Source: Macrostomum lignano
Taxonomy: Eukaryota
Assembly: GCA_002269645.1 (NCBI GenBank)
Contig: NIVC01002655.1
Coordinates: 62,001 to 126,000 of the forward strand
Direction: 5' to 3'
Length of the DNA: 64,000 nucleotides
This document shows positions 47,892-59,242 of the stretch, piece by piece. The position numbers and the translations under genes were made by a program. The notes under the pieces are model-generated. The model saw only the letters and a list, made by a program, of their open reading frames with translations, was not told the DNA's origin and did not search any database. Each line of letters opens with the position of its first letter. Position 1 is the stretch's first letter.

Positions 47892-48174
47892 GCAGTGCGA
47901 GTTGATCACAGAGCATCCTCATAAACTAACTTGGACCATACTGGACATTGGCTTGTCAAATACACAAGATTCCTATATTGCGTAAGCGCTTGCAGGCTTT
48001 TTTTAACGCTCGCTCTCTCTATCGAGCATGTTTACCATAAATCTCTACCATTATTTCATCTGAGGCTCGCTGTCATTTTGGTCTAAATATATCCGGCCTA
48101 GTGAAAAAACATGTACTTTTCAATGTCATGCAATACAAGGTATTTGCCTTGTTTACCTTGCAATACAGGTATAA

Positions 48175-48448
48175 GGGGTTGTAGCCTTAGTGGTTAGAGC
48201 GTCGGAATCACGACTGAAAGGTCGCGTGTTCGATTCCCGATCCCACTCAGAACAATTTGTGTCCTTGAGCAAGACACTTAACTCTGCATTGCTTCAGTTC
48301 ACCCAGCTGTAAAATGGGTGCCAGCATTAGCTGGGGTAATTGAGGGTGTGTGTGGCGACCCCCCAGTCCTTGGACTGAACAGCCGTACGCAGCCTTCAGA
48401 TGCGCCGCGCAATAGCTGCGGCTGAGCTGTCGGTCTGCCCGATTGGGG
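48175..48448 (+). mobile_element. tRNA-derived CORE-SINE (MIR-type core); 3' boundary uncertain
   Basis: A-box TAGCCTTAGTGG, B-box GTTCGATTCC, then TGTGTCCTTGAGCAAGACACTTAACTC...GCTTCAGTTCACCCAGCTGTAAAATGGG (48258-48318), which aligns by eye with the MIR CORE consensus as I recall it. Possible imperfect TSD CAGGT(A/G)TAA at 48166 and 48449. Confidence 0.75.
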
Positions 48449-48638
48449 CAGGTGTAATCAATTGCCCGGCAAGAATTTTCGAACACATGATTTTTGCTGC
48501 CAAGATTAGTCAATTCAAAAAAGGTTCTTCTTAAACTTTTCAGACCTTGCCTGTATAATTTTAGGACATTTGAACAATGTACCATAGATTACGAACAAAA
48601 AGGAACAACACTTTGTGGAGGGAATAACTTATGGGTAG

Positions 48639-48924
48639 TGTTTGGGAGGTAGATTAGTAGCATTGATTTTCTTTCCAATTCCACTGCGTGATTTAATGTA
48701 CGTGTTTATTATTCAATTTTCTATGTACGCTGATTTAGCCCAGGCCCATCTCACCCACCCCCCTCCACGCTGGCTGATTCTGACTGACTGCAATAAATAT
48801 ATCATCGAGAGGGCTTATTAGCCCTGTGTACGGTTTACGCTTTTCGTTTTGTTAGCGTCTCGCTTGAGCCTCAGCTCCAAAATAGTTATTGGCGGACCAT
48901 CGGTCTTTTCATTTCTATAGTACA
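48639..48924 (+). repeat. 5' LTR
   Basis: No difference from 58898-59183 by eye; contains AATAAA at 48792. Confidence 0.97.
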
Positions 48925-48927
48925 TTT

Positions 48928-48945
48928 TGGTAGCAGAGCGTGGTT
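48928..48945 (+). promoter_or_regulatory. Primer-binding site, complementary to the initiator tRNA-Met 3' end
   Basis: TGGTAGCAGAGCGTGGTT, 3 nt after the LTR; metazoan tRNAi-Met complement is TGGTAGCAGAGGATGGTT (16/18 match, from recall). Confidence 0.8.
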
Positions 48946-49010
48946 GGACAAGCCTAACTTACCACTGACGTGGCAAGCAATAGAACCCTACTGTGAAACG
49001 AAGGACCAGG

Positions 49011-49663
49011 ATGGACAGTGACGACGCCAATGAGCAGCAGCAGCAGGAAGCCCAAGACGATGCCGGCGCCCTACGTTTAGAGAAGCTGCGCTTCGAGAAA
49101 TCCCGAAAAAAAGCAGCGTTCACTCGTTGCAAAAACAAGCTGTCTTGGCTGTTAAAGACGCACGCCTCTGATGACGAAGTGCAAGTTGCCTGTGACGCTC
49201 TGTCAGACCTGCAAGATCTGGTCAGCGCCATCCAGGAAGAACTGCATGAAGGCTACGCCGACGCCAAGGACAACGAGAGGCGACAGCGCCTACTAGACGA
49301 AATGGAGGAGACGGAGCGCGACTACCAAGCTGCCATGCAGCGCGTCGAAAGCGCCAGAAACCGGAGATTGCAGCGCGCCAAAGAAGCTCCTCCTGCCGCG
49401 AGCTCAAGCGGTGAGAACGCTGCGGGTGACCAAGAAGAAGCAGCTGGTGAGTTACACAAACTTTCTGGCAGTGCTGCGTCCAGCAAAGGATCCAACCCGA
49501 AGGAGCTTTCAAAGGATTTGTGGAAGATGCTGAAGCGTGTTGAAATCCCAACGTTTAGTGGAGAAAAGCAGAAGTATGAAAACTGGAAGGCAGCCTTTGT
49601 TGCGTGCATCGACAGCGCCCCTGCAACACCAGAATTCAAGTTGCTGCAGCTTAGGCAGTACCT
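49011..49663 (+). CDS. gag: BEL/Pao gag, N-terminal part (coiled coil + start of DUF1759-type region), cut by an insertion
   Basis: LKRVEIPTFSGEKQKYENWKAAF...KLLQLRQY; reading continues after 53459 as LSGEALKVI. Confidence 0.88.
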
Positions 49664-52600
49664 GGGTCGTTCTCAAAGCTAGGTCACAACTTTTTGTTAT
49701 TGCAAAAAAAGTTTATACATCGACCAATAATCGTACAAAAAAAATTCTTTCGACAATTTCTGTAAGAAGCTGCTACTAAAACCACAAGAAAACTTGAAAT
49801 TGAGAAGAAATCAAGGCTATTTGTTATTCTTTGTTGCGGAAAATAAACGACAAAAATATTAAACAGAAAATAAAATGTTCTTCCATTTTTATTTTAAATA
49901 TGCAGTTAAATTTCTTTTGCAAAAATAAAAGAACAAGAAATTGACAAAGGAAATGTTTTTGAGCACAGCATTTTGTTACTCTGCTCTAAATCCCAGACAT
50001 TTAAAATTATCGTGTGCGAAAAAGTGCGAAATTATTATAGCATGCACTCGAAAGAACTTCGATCAGTTTAACTAATCACTGAATTAAGAAGTCTAAATAA
50101 GTCTTGAAAGGTTGAATTAAAAATCAAGTTTTCACTATGTATCTTTTCAAAGGCAAGATGATTCGACAAATAAAGAATGTTCATTTTTACCTTGAATAGA
50201 ATTGTTCATTTTTACATTAAATATAATAAAATCTAACTAATAATAGAAAAAGTCAGGGAACTATCCTTGAAAACCAAAAAGCAAATTGTGGATTTAATAT
50301 CGACTGCATGTTCCTTAATAAAGGAATTCGGATACTAGTATATATTTGATTATTTGTAGCATAATTTCTGAAAACTATAACTTGCTTGATTTTACTTTAA
50401 GTACTCATTACATTAATACTTATACCAAAGCTACATGTACTTAAAATAAAAAATCATAGTTACTTATTAGACATTTTACTCCAATTAACCTAAAATAATT
50501 CAAATTTATTTTAATTAATTCATTTTTTGAAACTTTTTGGAAAATAGACAAAATTGAATTATTTAATTACCAAAAACCTACTAGCTTAACTGAAATAGCA
50601 ATTAGTCTTTAAGAAAAGATTTCACTTGTTAATTGAGAAAAATGAGGATGTGCGAGGTGTAAAAATGCGAAAGAGCATGCAGGAAACAGAGACAAACAAA
50701 AATGTAGGTAAAAGACACTGCACATGCACATAATATGATAACCAGACATAATGCGCACACTGAAACACCAGTAGCAATGACGCCCAAGCTTTTGATGATC
50801 ACAAGCGAAAAGGCAAAACCCAGCCATCAATCAAAGAAGTAGACTTTAGCACGCATCTTGAGTGCATCACGCATTTTTTGCAGAGAAGCTCGAAAATTAA
50901 CATTTATTCTGTGCACAACCACCAACTGCGACAGGGTCTGCCAGGGGATTTGTGGGCACGCGGTCGCGGATACAAATCGGAGGAGTCGCTGACCATTCTG
51001 AAATTACAAGCTAGTACATGTAATTTTGTGTATTAATATATTTAGCCCGCTTTATTTCTATGCTCTCGTCCGCCTCTCGTTAATGCATCCCCAGACTCAT
51101 GCAGTAATCAAACTTATGATCGAACTATGCATGGCTTCCGTCCCTCGCTTTGAATCTCTCACCTCCCCATAGTTCCATCAACCTTACCGTAGTGGCTTCC
51201 TATGCAAAAATCATCCCTCCGCATCTTACACAGGCTACTTCAGGCTGTAGACTGTACTACACTATTAATTAGTTGCGCTAAGGAATCTACATGTATTTGC
51301 TCGCAGCGCAGCGCGCTGCTCAAATAAGTTTAGATCTATCTAGATATTCTAGTAATTTCAGGTTTGTCCATAGACTAGAGCTCATGAGATGAGAATTCAA
51401 TAAACTAGTACATTTAATATGAATGAACTGCGTGTGTGTGTGCTGTGCATACATATGTATAATATACGAGTAGTTTATGGGCCAAATTATTGTGTGGCAC
51501 AATTCTTGGCATCACTCAGCAGGCACAAGATGCAGTTAAGCAGCGCACGAAAATTCTACAAAAGAAATTGAGCCTGGTTGAGATGATGCGAGGAGGCAGA
51601 TCCACACAATCTCAGTGAATACACCAGACTGCACCAGATACGAGTCCAGTCGAATGTGCGCACTGGTCTAAGCAGCACACGCATGTCCTCCTGACAATGA
51701 CGGCACCTAGCTTCGTCCAAGCCTTTGCCAGCGTCACTGACAGCGTCAATACTACCATGCAGTGCCACCTGCAGCACCGACAACGGCAATTCCTCCAGTT
51801 AGCCCACAACAGTGGCTAAACTGAGGGACAGGGAACCTACCCGCAGAAGACACACACATACACACACAGCACCGGCAGCAGCACTCTGACAGCATAACCT
51901 AAAGCTCCATGAGCTCAGTTTTCAAGCATTGAAGAAGCAGAAGCAGTCATCTTGGATCCAGGGATCAGGAAGAGTGTTGCATGTCCGACATGTGCTGTTT
52001 CCGTGGCAAAAGGTGATGGAGCAAATTAATCAACACTTACTATCTAGCTCGTATTAAGACTAAAAAACTGAGGCAAGCTGGGATTAAACTAAAGAATTTT
52101 TTTTACTATACTTTTTTACCATATACTTTTACTATACTTCTATAGTATAGTAGAGAGGTACTCTATTTAAATGCAGTAAGAAGTGAAACAAATTTATATA
52201 TTTAATTATTAAATTAAATTAATTCAAGGTAAATAACTAATTTAACCAATTTATTAGGAGTATTTAATATTATAATAAATTGATTTTTATACCTTACACG
52301 AAATAAGCTCTACATTCATTTCTTAGCTTGGGGCCCATCTGTATAAGGTCAGTTTCTTCAAAATGCTGATTAATTAATTAAGGCCTGTTGTCTTTACTTA
52401 AATTTATAAGGGCATCTTAGAAGTTAATATTACTATATAATACATGTATAATATTATTACTGTATTATAATAATATAGTTGCAATTTTAATGACTATTGA
52501 ATAAGTCTAAATGCTTCCCCTATTGACTCTAAATACATGGTATCTTTCCCTTCAGAAAAAATTAGCATAGAATGACTTGATGAAAACAAAAAAAATCATT

Positions 52601-53459
52601 TCGAGATACACATTTGCTGATCATTCAGGTCAAATTTCAAGGTCCAGTTTTGCACATGTTTCTCTGTAGCTTGGTTACAAGGATTCTAATAAAAATATAA
52701 TAAATATGTCCAATGAACTAACTGATACATAGCCAAATTGAAGTATTTTCAAAACAAAAAAAATCATTTGCTCAGTTTACTTTACTGGATATCTGTGTAA
52801 AATTTCAGCTCAAAAGGTGCTCCATGGAGAATGCTAGTGTGGTTACAGGATATTTATTTTGTGCTTCAAAGTAGGAGTTTATTGCGATGCATGGTTGCTT
52901 TTAATTATTTTTATCAACAATAGTGCTCTATTTCATAACAATTTTTTACAAAAAGATAATAAGACATGTTTTTCTAATTATCTGCATCAAAATGTATCAT
53001 TTTAAGCGCACATTCTAGACGTCAGCTGAAAAATACATTTTGTGAGATGAGAAGAGGCTATCCCACCGGAAATGCTAGGCGTACAGTTAAGCGTCTATAA
53101 AATAATTTATAGTGCAGTTTATTAAGCTTTAAAAAAATCTTAAATTAAATTTATATAAGCTTTCATTTTAAATGTAATATAGCAAGGTTTCAACACAACA
53201 ACAACTTTTTTTAGCTACAGACATCTTGTAGTATCAAAAATTAACATCGGTGAAATGATTGAATTTGAATTTTTTCATCGCTAATTATCGCTTAATACCG
53301 CCAGATGATTAAAAACACTTTTGCATGATAAAGTTCAACCCAAAAGTTATCTTTATTCACAGATAAAAGTGTCCTATTATTTTAAATATGGCAGTAACAA
53401 TAGTAAATGTTCGGAAAATTGTTAAAATTTTTGCTCCTCCTAGAATTTGCGAACGACCC
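49664..53459. mobile_element. Non-autonomous TIR DNA transposon, 3796 bp, 4-bp TSD (Sola2-like termini)
   Basis: TIRs GGGTCGTTCTCAAA / TTTGCGAACGACCC (13/14 match); TSD ACCT at 49660-49663 and 53460-53463; removing it restores ...CAG TAC CTC AGC GGT (QYLSG). AT-rich, no transposase ORF. Superfamily call is inferred from GGG termini plus 4-bp TSD. Confidence 0.88.
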
Positions 53460-54397
53460 ACCTCAGCGGTGAAGCTTTGAAGGTTATAGAACATCTAGGA
53501 CACTCTGCTGCGGCATATGAAGCTGCAAAAGAGAGATTAGAGAGAGAATTTGGTGGACAGCGTAGGCAACTTGCTCTGCACTTGGAAGAGCTGGACAGCT
53601 TCCCGATCGTGCGAAATGGAAACGCCAAGGATCTGAAAAGCTTTGCTAATCTACTGGATGTGGCTGTCGTTAACCTTGAGGATGCGGGTAAAGAGGCAGA
53701 GCTTCAAGATGGGATGTTGTATGTGAGGCTGCAGAAAAAGTTGCCTGAGCAGATGGTTGCCAGCTACCGGAGGTGGATCTTTGAGCAGCGGAAGCCGGAG
53801 AGTGTTAGAAATCTGAGAATTTGGGTGCTGCAAGAAGCAGAGTTTCAGACTGAAGCGTCAGAGATTGTGCAGGGCGTTGCCACCATGCAGCAGGAGCGTC
53901 AAAAGCGAGAGCAGCGACCAAAGACTTTCGTTACTACGGACAGTGACAAGAAGGTACAGCGAAAGATTTGCATTGTTTGTCAAGGTGATCACGAGCTGTG
54001 GTCCTGCAGTGAGTTCAAGGAGCTTCCGGTGGAAAAACGCTGGGACGCGGCGCAGAGCTCGAAGTGTTGTTTCCGGTGCTTGGGCCAAGGACATCTTGGT
54101 AGCCAATGTCGGCGTGGTCGTCGGTGCGGCATCAGCAGCTGCACAAAGTTCCATCATCGCCTGCTTCATGCAGAAAAAGTGTTGGCCAAGTCTGGTGAAG
54201 CGAAGCAGACTGCATCCAAGGACGCTAAATCCGCTTCCAGTTCAGGAAAGACTGGACCGGTGACGCTTCTGTCGGCTGGTGAAACGGCAATCTCGCTACG
54301 AACGGTACCTGTAGTCCTACGGAACGGGTCCCGGAAGCTGAAGGTGAATGCCTTGCTCGACGATGCCAGTACCAGGAGCTACGTCAACATCGGATAG
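53460..54397 (+). CDS. gag: BEL/Pao gag C-terminal part and start of the aspartic protease
   Basis: CIVCQGDHELWSC, CFRCLGQGHLGSQC, CGISSCTKFHHRLLH; protease LLDDASTRSY; ends at an apparent one-base frameshift at ~54392. Confidence 0.92.
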
Positions 54398-57300
54398 CAG
54401 AAGCGCTTGGAGTGCATGGAGCGCTCGAAAAGGTGAAAGTCGGAGTCATCAATGGCCAAACAGAGACCTTCATGACAGCCCCAGTCTGCTTTAGCTTGGA
54501 AAGTCTGGATGGTCAGACCAGCTCAATGATCGTCGCCTTCACCGCTGATCACGTGACTGGGTCCCTCAAAGGCGTCGACTGGCACGAAGAAGCGCAGCAG
54601 TGGCCTCATCTGAGAAATGTGCCGTTTCCGAAGCTGTGTGAGCCTGCAGTAGTGGACTTGCTGATTGGTGCTGATCACCCGGATCTTCACGTGTCTCTCA
54701 AAGAAATCGTCGGACAGCCGCTGGAGCCAAAGGCGCGCCTGACTCCCCTGGGTTGGACGTGCATCGGTCGCACAGAGCAGGACAATTCTGAGATGCAGAA
54801 CGCCCATTTTGCTGCCACTTTCTTCAGCTGCGATTCCGAATCTGGTCAGGTGGCTAAGATCCTGCGGCAGTTTTGGGAGATCGAGAACGTCTCAGAAGGT
54901 GCCAATCGAAGTCCGCTGACCGCCGATGAGGAGAGAGCCGTCCAGCAAGCCAAGTCGTCGCTAAAGTACACGAAGGGCCGTTACCAGATCGGGATTCCAT
55001 GGAAAAAGGATCGGCTGGCTCCAGCAGGCACTTTCTCAATGGCCTTGAAGCGACTAAAGAACACCGAACAGCGGCTGATTAAGGATATGAACGTCTGCAA
55101 GCAGTATCAGGAGATCCTTGAAAAGTATGAACAGCAAGGTTATATCCGAAAAGTGTCGCAAGCTGAGACTGAAGGCCGCTGTTTCCTGCCGCACTTCCCA
55201 GTGCTGCGGCCAGACAAGGCTACGACAAAAGTGCGAATAGTCTTTGATGCATCGGCTGCCAGATTGAACGACCAGATCCTCCAGGGCCCCAAACTGCAGA
55301 GGGATTTGGTTGACGTGCTGCTTCGGTTCCGCCGACACCCGATTGCGATCGCATGCGACGTAGCGGAAATGTATCTCCAGATCGAGATGGACCCGAAGGA
55401 CAGGCCGCTGCACAGTTTCCTTTGGCGGGACGCCGATCCTTCAAAGCAGCCGGATGTCTACGAGTTCAACAGAGTGGTGTTCGGCGTCACCAGCTCTCCG
55501 TTCTTGGCACAGTTCGTTACCCGCTGCCATGCTGAAAAGTCAAAAGGTGAGCTTCCAGAGGCGGCCGAGACAGTACTGCACTCTACCTATATGGATGACA
55601 GCCTGGACTCTGCGCCCACCGAGGCAGCCGCCTGCAGGCTGTACGATCAACTCAGTGAGCTCTGGAGGCGCGCCGGCATGCACGCGCGCAAGTGGGTCTC
55701 GAACTCGAGAGCTGTGCTCGATAGAATCCCACCTGAAGACCGTGCAGCCGAAGTTACCTTGGACAGCAAAGAACTACCAAGCACCAAGACACTGGGTGTC
55801 ACGTGGCAGAGTGAGCAGGACGAATTTACCTTTAAAGATGAAAACGAGTCGCGTCAGGTGACCACAAAAAGAGGTCTGCTGAAGAAGCTAGCGAGCGTCT
55901 TTGATCCACTTGGACTGATCTCTCCATTTGTCGTGCAGGCGAAGATTCTGATGCAGGAGCTTTGGCAGACAGGTCTTGATTGGGATGAACCGCTGAATGC
56001 AGAACTTAGTGCAAAAGTGAGCGCCTGGTGCATTGACCTGAAGCATTTAAGCGAGATTCGGCTTTCCAGGGCGCTTGAAGGAGAAAATTCCCTGTCGGGT
56101 AGTGTGCACGTGTTCGTTGACGCATCCGAGAAAGCTTACGGAGCTGTATGCTACTGGAGAAGTGAAACGGCAACTGACAGTGAACGTTCCGTTCGACTTA
56201 TCATCTCGAAGACTCGAGTAGCTCCAATCACAACCATGAGTACACCGAGGTTGGAGCTGATGGCAGCAGTTCTGGGAGTCCAACTCGCAAGCAAAGTCGC
56301 GCAGTCATTGCAAGTGCCGCTTCGTGACGCAGTTTTTTGGTCTGACAGCTTAAACGTGTTGTACTGGATTCGTGGCCGAGGAAAAATGTTCAAGCCGTTT
56401 GTCTCTTCTCGAGTGGGCGAGATCCAAGCTTCAACAGAGCCGAACCAGTGGAGATATGTTTCGACGGAAAAGAATCCAGCAGATCTGCTCTCTCGAGGAC
56501 TATCGATCAAGGCAGTGGCGGCTAGCCAGTTGTGGTGGCATGGACCTCAGTTTCTCTTAGAAGAGGCAGAGAATTGGCCAAAGAACAAAGTGCAGGTTCC
56601 TGAGCAGGTGGAAGAGAGACGCAGATGCGAGGATCAGTCGCCGGCCGGTGAGAGCCAGAGAACGTATGTCACCGATGTGCTAGAGCGCAATCATCGACTG
56701 GAGCCAGAGCGCTTCTCCAGCTGGATCAGAGCTGTCCGTGTTCACGCTTGGGTGGCCAGGTTCGCTAACAACTGCCGTTTGATGAAGGAGCACCGAGATA
56801 CTGGCGAGCTATCACCAGCAGAGATTGAAGCAGCTGAATCGAAGATCATCCAGAGAGCCCAGCAAGAAACGTTTGCGGAAGAGATCGCTTGTCTGCGAGC
56901 AGGAAAGCAGTTGCCGGGACGCAGTGTGATTTCTAACTTGAACCCGAAGCTCGACGTCAACGACCTGCTTCGCGCTGATGGGAGACTAAAGTTCGCCGAT
57001 GTGCTACCGTTTAGCACTCGATTTCCTATCATTCTGCCACGATCACACCGCGTGACGGAGCTCATCGTGAAGCATCACCACGAAAGTGTCCAACATCTAG
57101 GCACAAACCAAACTCTGGTGGCACTGTCAAACCGATTTTGGATCGTCTCGGCCAGAGAAGCCATTAAGTCTTGGGAAGCAAAGTGCGCCGAATGTCGCCG
57201 ACGGAAAGCCAGACCAGCCAGCCAGATTATGGCCCCCTTGCCCGCTTGCCGATTCAAGGAGCCGCTTCGTGCCTTCGCTCGTGTCGCTGTCGACTTTGCC

Positions 57301-58170
57301 GGTCCATTCATCACTAAGCAGGGCCGTGGCAAGGCTCGGCAGAAAAGGTACCTGGCATTGTTCACCTGCTTGGCAACGCGAGCTGTACATCTGGAAGTGG
57401 CATTCGGCATGGATACCGATTCCTTCCTACGGACTCTACAGCGGATGATCAGTCGACGAGGCCAACCGATCGAGCTGTTCTCGGACAACGGCACGAACTT
57501 CGTCGGTGCGGCGCGCGAGCTTCGAGAACTAGTCGACGTCTTGGATACCCAGAAGCTTCAACAGCGAACGGCTTCTCAGCAGTTGCGATGGCATTTCAAC
57601 CCGCCCGCTGCGCCGCACTTCGGTGGGGTGCACGAAATCATGATCAAAGCAGCGAAGAAGGCAATCTGGGCAATTCTGAAGGAGGCGGACGTCACGGATG
57701 AGGAGCTGCTAAGCGCGTTTGCTGGAGCGGAGGCACTTCTGAATTCAAGGCCGTTGACGTACCAGACGGCGCATCCGAGTGATGATGTGCCGCTGACGCC
57801 GAATCACTTCCTCATCGGGCAAGTCGGCGGGAAGTTTGCACCGGAGGTCGACGCTGCCATCGCCCGCAGTCCTTCAAGAAGATGGCGTCACGTCCAGCAG
57901 CTGGTGTCGCAGATCTGGCGCCGGTGGTTGCGCGAGTGGCTGCCGGGACTCGCACCGCGGAGCAAGTGGCGCCGCGAGCTGCCTGACCTACAACCTGGAG
58001 ACGTGGCGCTGCTGGTGAGCCCGGACTCGCCTCGGGGTCACTGGCCGCTGGCTCGCGTGCTGGAGGTCATGCGCGGTTCGGACGGTCACGTGAGAGTCGC
58101 CTCAATCAGAGTCGGTGATCGCACAATGACGAGACCAATAACAAAGTTGTGTCCAATATCTGCAGGTTAG
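54394..58170 (+). CDS. pol: BEL/Pao pol: protease C-terminal part, reverse transcriptase, RNase H, integrase
   Basis: VRIVFDAS, GPKLQRDL, YEFNRVVFGVTSSPF, YMDD, HVFVDASEKAYGAV, HHCC zinc finger, VDFAGP, SDNGTNFVG, HFGGVHE, C-terminal HWPLARV...RPITKLCP; open for 1250+ codons. Confidence 0.97.
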   Translation: MAEALGVHGALEKVKVGVINGQTETFMTAPVCFSLESLDGQTSSMIVAFTADHVTGSLKGVDWHEEAQQWPHLRNVPFPKLCEPAVVDLLIGADHPDLHVSLKEIVGQPLEPKARLTPLGWTCIGRTEQDNSEMQNAHFAATFFSCDSESGQVAKILRQFWEIENVSEGANRSPLTADEERAVQQAKSSLKYTKGRYQIGIPWKKDRLAPAGTFSMALKRLKNTEQRLIKDMNVCKQYQEILEKYEQQGYIRKVSQAETEGRCFLPHFPVLRPDKATTKVRIVFDASAARLNDQILQGPKLQRDLVDVLLRFRRHPIAIACDVAEMYLQIEMDPKDRPLHSFLWRDADPSKQPDVYEFNRVVFGVTSSPFLAQFVTRCHAEKSKGELPEAAETVLHSTYMDDSLDSAPTEAAACRLYDQLSELWRRAGMHARKWVSNSRAVLDRIPPEDRAAEVTLDSKELPSTKTLGVTWQSEQDEFTFKDENESRQVTTKRGLLKKLASVFDPLGLISPFVVQAKILMQELWQTGLDWDEPLNAELSAKVSAWCIDLKHLSEIRLSRALEGENSLSGSVHVFVDASEKAYGAVCYWRSETATDSERSVRLIISKTRVAPITTMSTPRLELMAAVLGVQLASKVAQSLQVPLRDAVFWSDSLNVLYWIRGRGKMFKPFVSSRVGEIQASTEPNQWRYVSTEKNPADLLSRGLSIKAVAASQLWWHGPQFLLEEAENWPKNKVQVPEQVEERRRCEDQSPAGESQRTYVTDVLERNHRLEPERFSSWIRAVRVHAWVARFANNCRLMKEHRDTGELSPAEIEAAESKIIQRAQQETFAEEIACLRAGKQLPGRSVISNLNPKLDVNDLLRADGRLKFADVLPFSTRFPIILPRSHRVTELIVKHHHESVQHLGTNQTLVALSNRFWIVSAREAIKSWEAKCAECRRRKARPASQIMAPLPACRFKEPLRAFARVAVDFAGPFITKQGRGKARQKRYLALFTCLATRAVHLEVAFGMDTDSFLRTLQRMISRRGQPIELFSDNGTNFVGAARELRELVDVLDTQKLQQRTASQQLRWHFNPPAAPHFGGVHEIMIKAAKKAIWAILKEADVTDEELLSAFAGAEALLNSRPLTYQTAHPSDDVPLTPNHFLIGQVGGKFAPEVDAAIARSPSRRWRHVQQLVSQIWRRWLREWLPGLAPRSKWRRELPDLQPGDVALLVSPDSPRGHWPLARVLEVMRGSDGHVRVASIRVGDRTMTRPITKLCPISAG

Positions 58171-58897
58171 TTTGCGAACCTTTGCTAGAGAATTAGACTT
58201 TGTCAGGTTTCGCAATTTTTCTGATGAGTTGTTCAATTTTCCTGTTTGTTGCATTGTTCGTAAAGTCTTCTTTCCCTTTCATGCTAATAGGAATCACCCT
58301 GTTTTTGCCGTCTTAACCCAATTTTCGCTTTCAGTGTTCAACGCGATTAACATTCATTATTTAGCTATTTATTTTCTTGCGTGAATTTTTGCTGAATAGC
58401 AGTCGTTACGGTTTAGTGAATTTGTCGGCAAGTTTGTCTTTTGCGTTTTTTGAGTTTTTTACGAGCGATGTTTGCATTATTTGAGCTCTACTTAATATTG
58501 CTTGATTTTCTGCGCTTAGAAGTACCATAGTTTATGCGCCAGTTCCGACTTTTTGATAGCCCAATGCTTACAATTGTTGTTTCAGTTTTTGTTTCAGTTG
58601 CGTTTGGTGGCGGAAGTCTGCGTTCGTGTTCAATTTTGAAATTTTATATGATAGCTGACGTACTTCTGCAAAATTTTCGATTGTCATCTACGATCTGCGT
58701 ACTTATCTTCACCTTTTGCTCTATTTTTCTACCATTCACAATGTCGCCATCAATGTTTCATGCAACGTTGTTTTTTTGCTTTTTGAGTTCGATTTTGTAT
58801 CACGCATCGTTTTCGAATATTTTCCTATTACCGTATTCGTTTTCATTGTTTCATCCCTCGAATAGTTTTTGTCATTGTTATGCCAAGGTGGGGGGTA

Positions 58898-59183
58898 TGT
58901 TTGGGAGGTAGATTAGTAGCATTGATTTTCTTTCCAATTCCACTGCGTGATTTAATGTACGTGTTTATTATTCAATTTTCTATGTACGCTGATTTAGCCC
59001 AGGCCCATCTCACCCACCCCCCTCCACGCTGGCTGATTCTGACTGACTGCAATAAATATATCATCGAGAGGGCTTATTAGCCCTGTGTACGGTTTACGCT
59101 TTTCGTTTTGTTAGCGTCTCGCTTGAGCCTCAGCTCCAAAATAGTTATTGGCGGACCATCGGTCTTTTCATTTCTATAGTACA
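58898..59183 (+). repeat. 3' LTR
   Basis: Identical length and apparently identical sequence to the 5' LTR; preceded by polypurine tract AAGGTGGGGGG (58885-58895). Confidence 0.97.
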
Positions 59184-59242
59184 GGTAGTGTAGTCAGCAG
59201 TAGGCTGTATCAGCATCAGCAGTTGCAGTGCTGACAGCGCAT

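Larger units (their letters stand above)
48639..59183 (+). mobile_element. BEL/Pao LTR retrotransposon, full length, recent insertion
   Basis: 286-bp LTRs (TG...CA), 5-bp TSD GGTAG at 48634-48638 and 59184-59188, PBS, PPT, gag with three Cys/His motifs, domain order protease-RT-RNaseH-integrase. Confidence 0.97.

Noticed and set aside
48175-48245. Functional tRNA gene (also 14810-14875 minus)
   Set aside because: A/B boxes are present but stems pair poorly and each runs into a SINE body; treated as SINE heads.
49664-49690. DNA transposon acting as a precisely spliced intron
   Set aside because: Left-end GT sites are weak and either out of phase or downstream of the TAG at 49680-49682.
54385-54412. 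Programmed ribosomal frameshift between gag and pol
   Set aside because: No slippery heptamer, the break is within the protease, and BEL/Pao elements usually have a single ORF.
58534-58911. env-like third ORF in the BEL element
   Set aside because: Short, Phe/Ser-rich product expected from T-rich 3' UTR; it runs into the PPT/LTR and has no envelope features.
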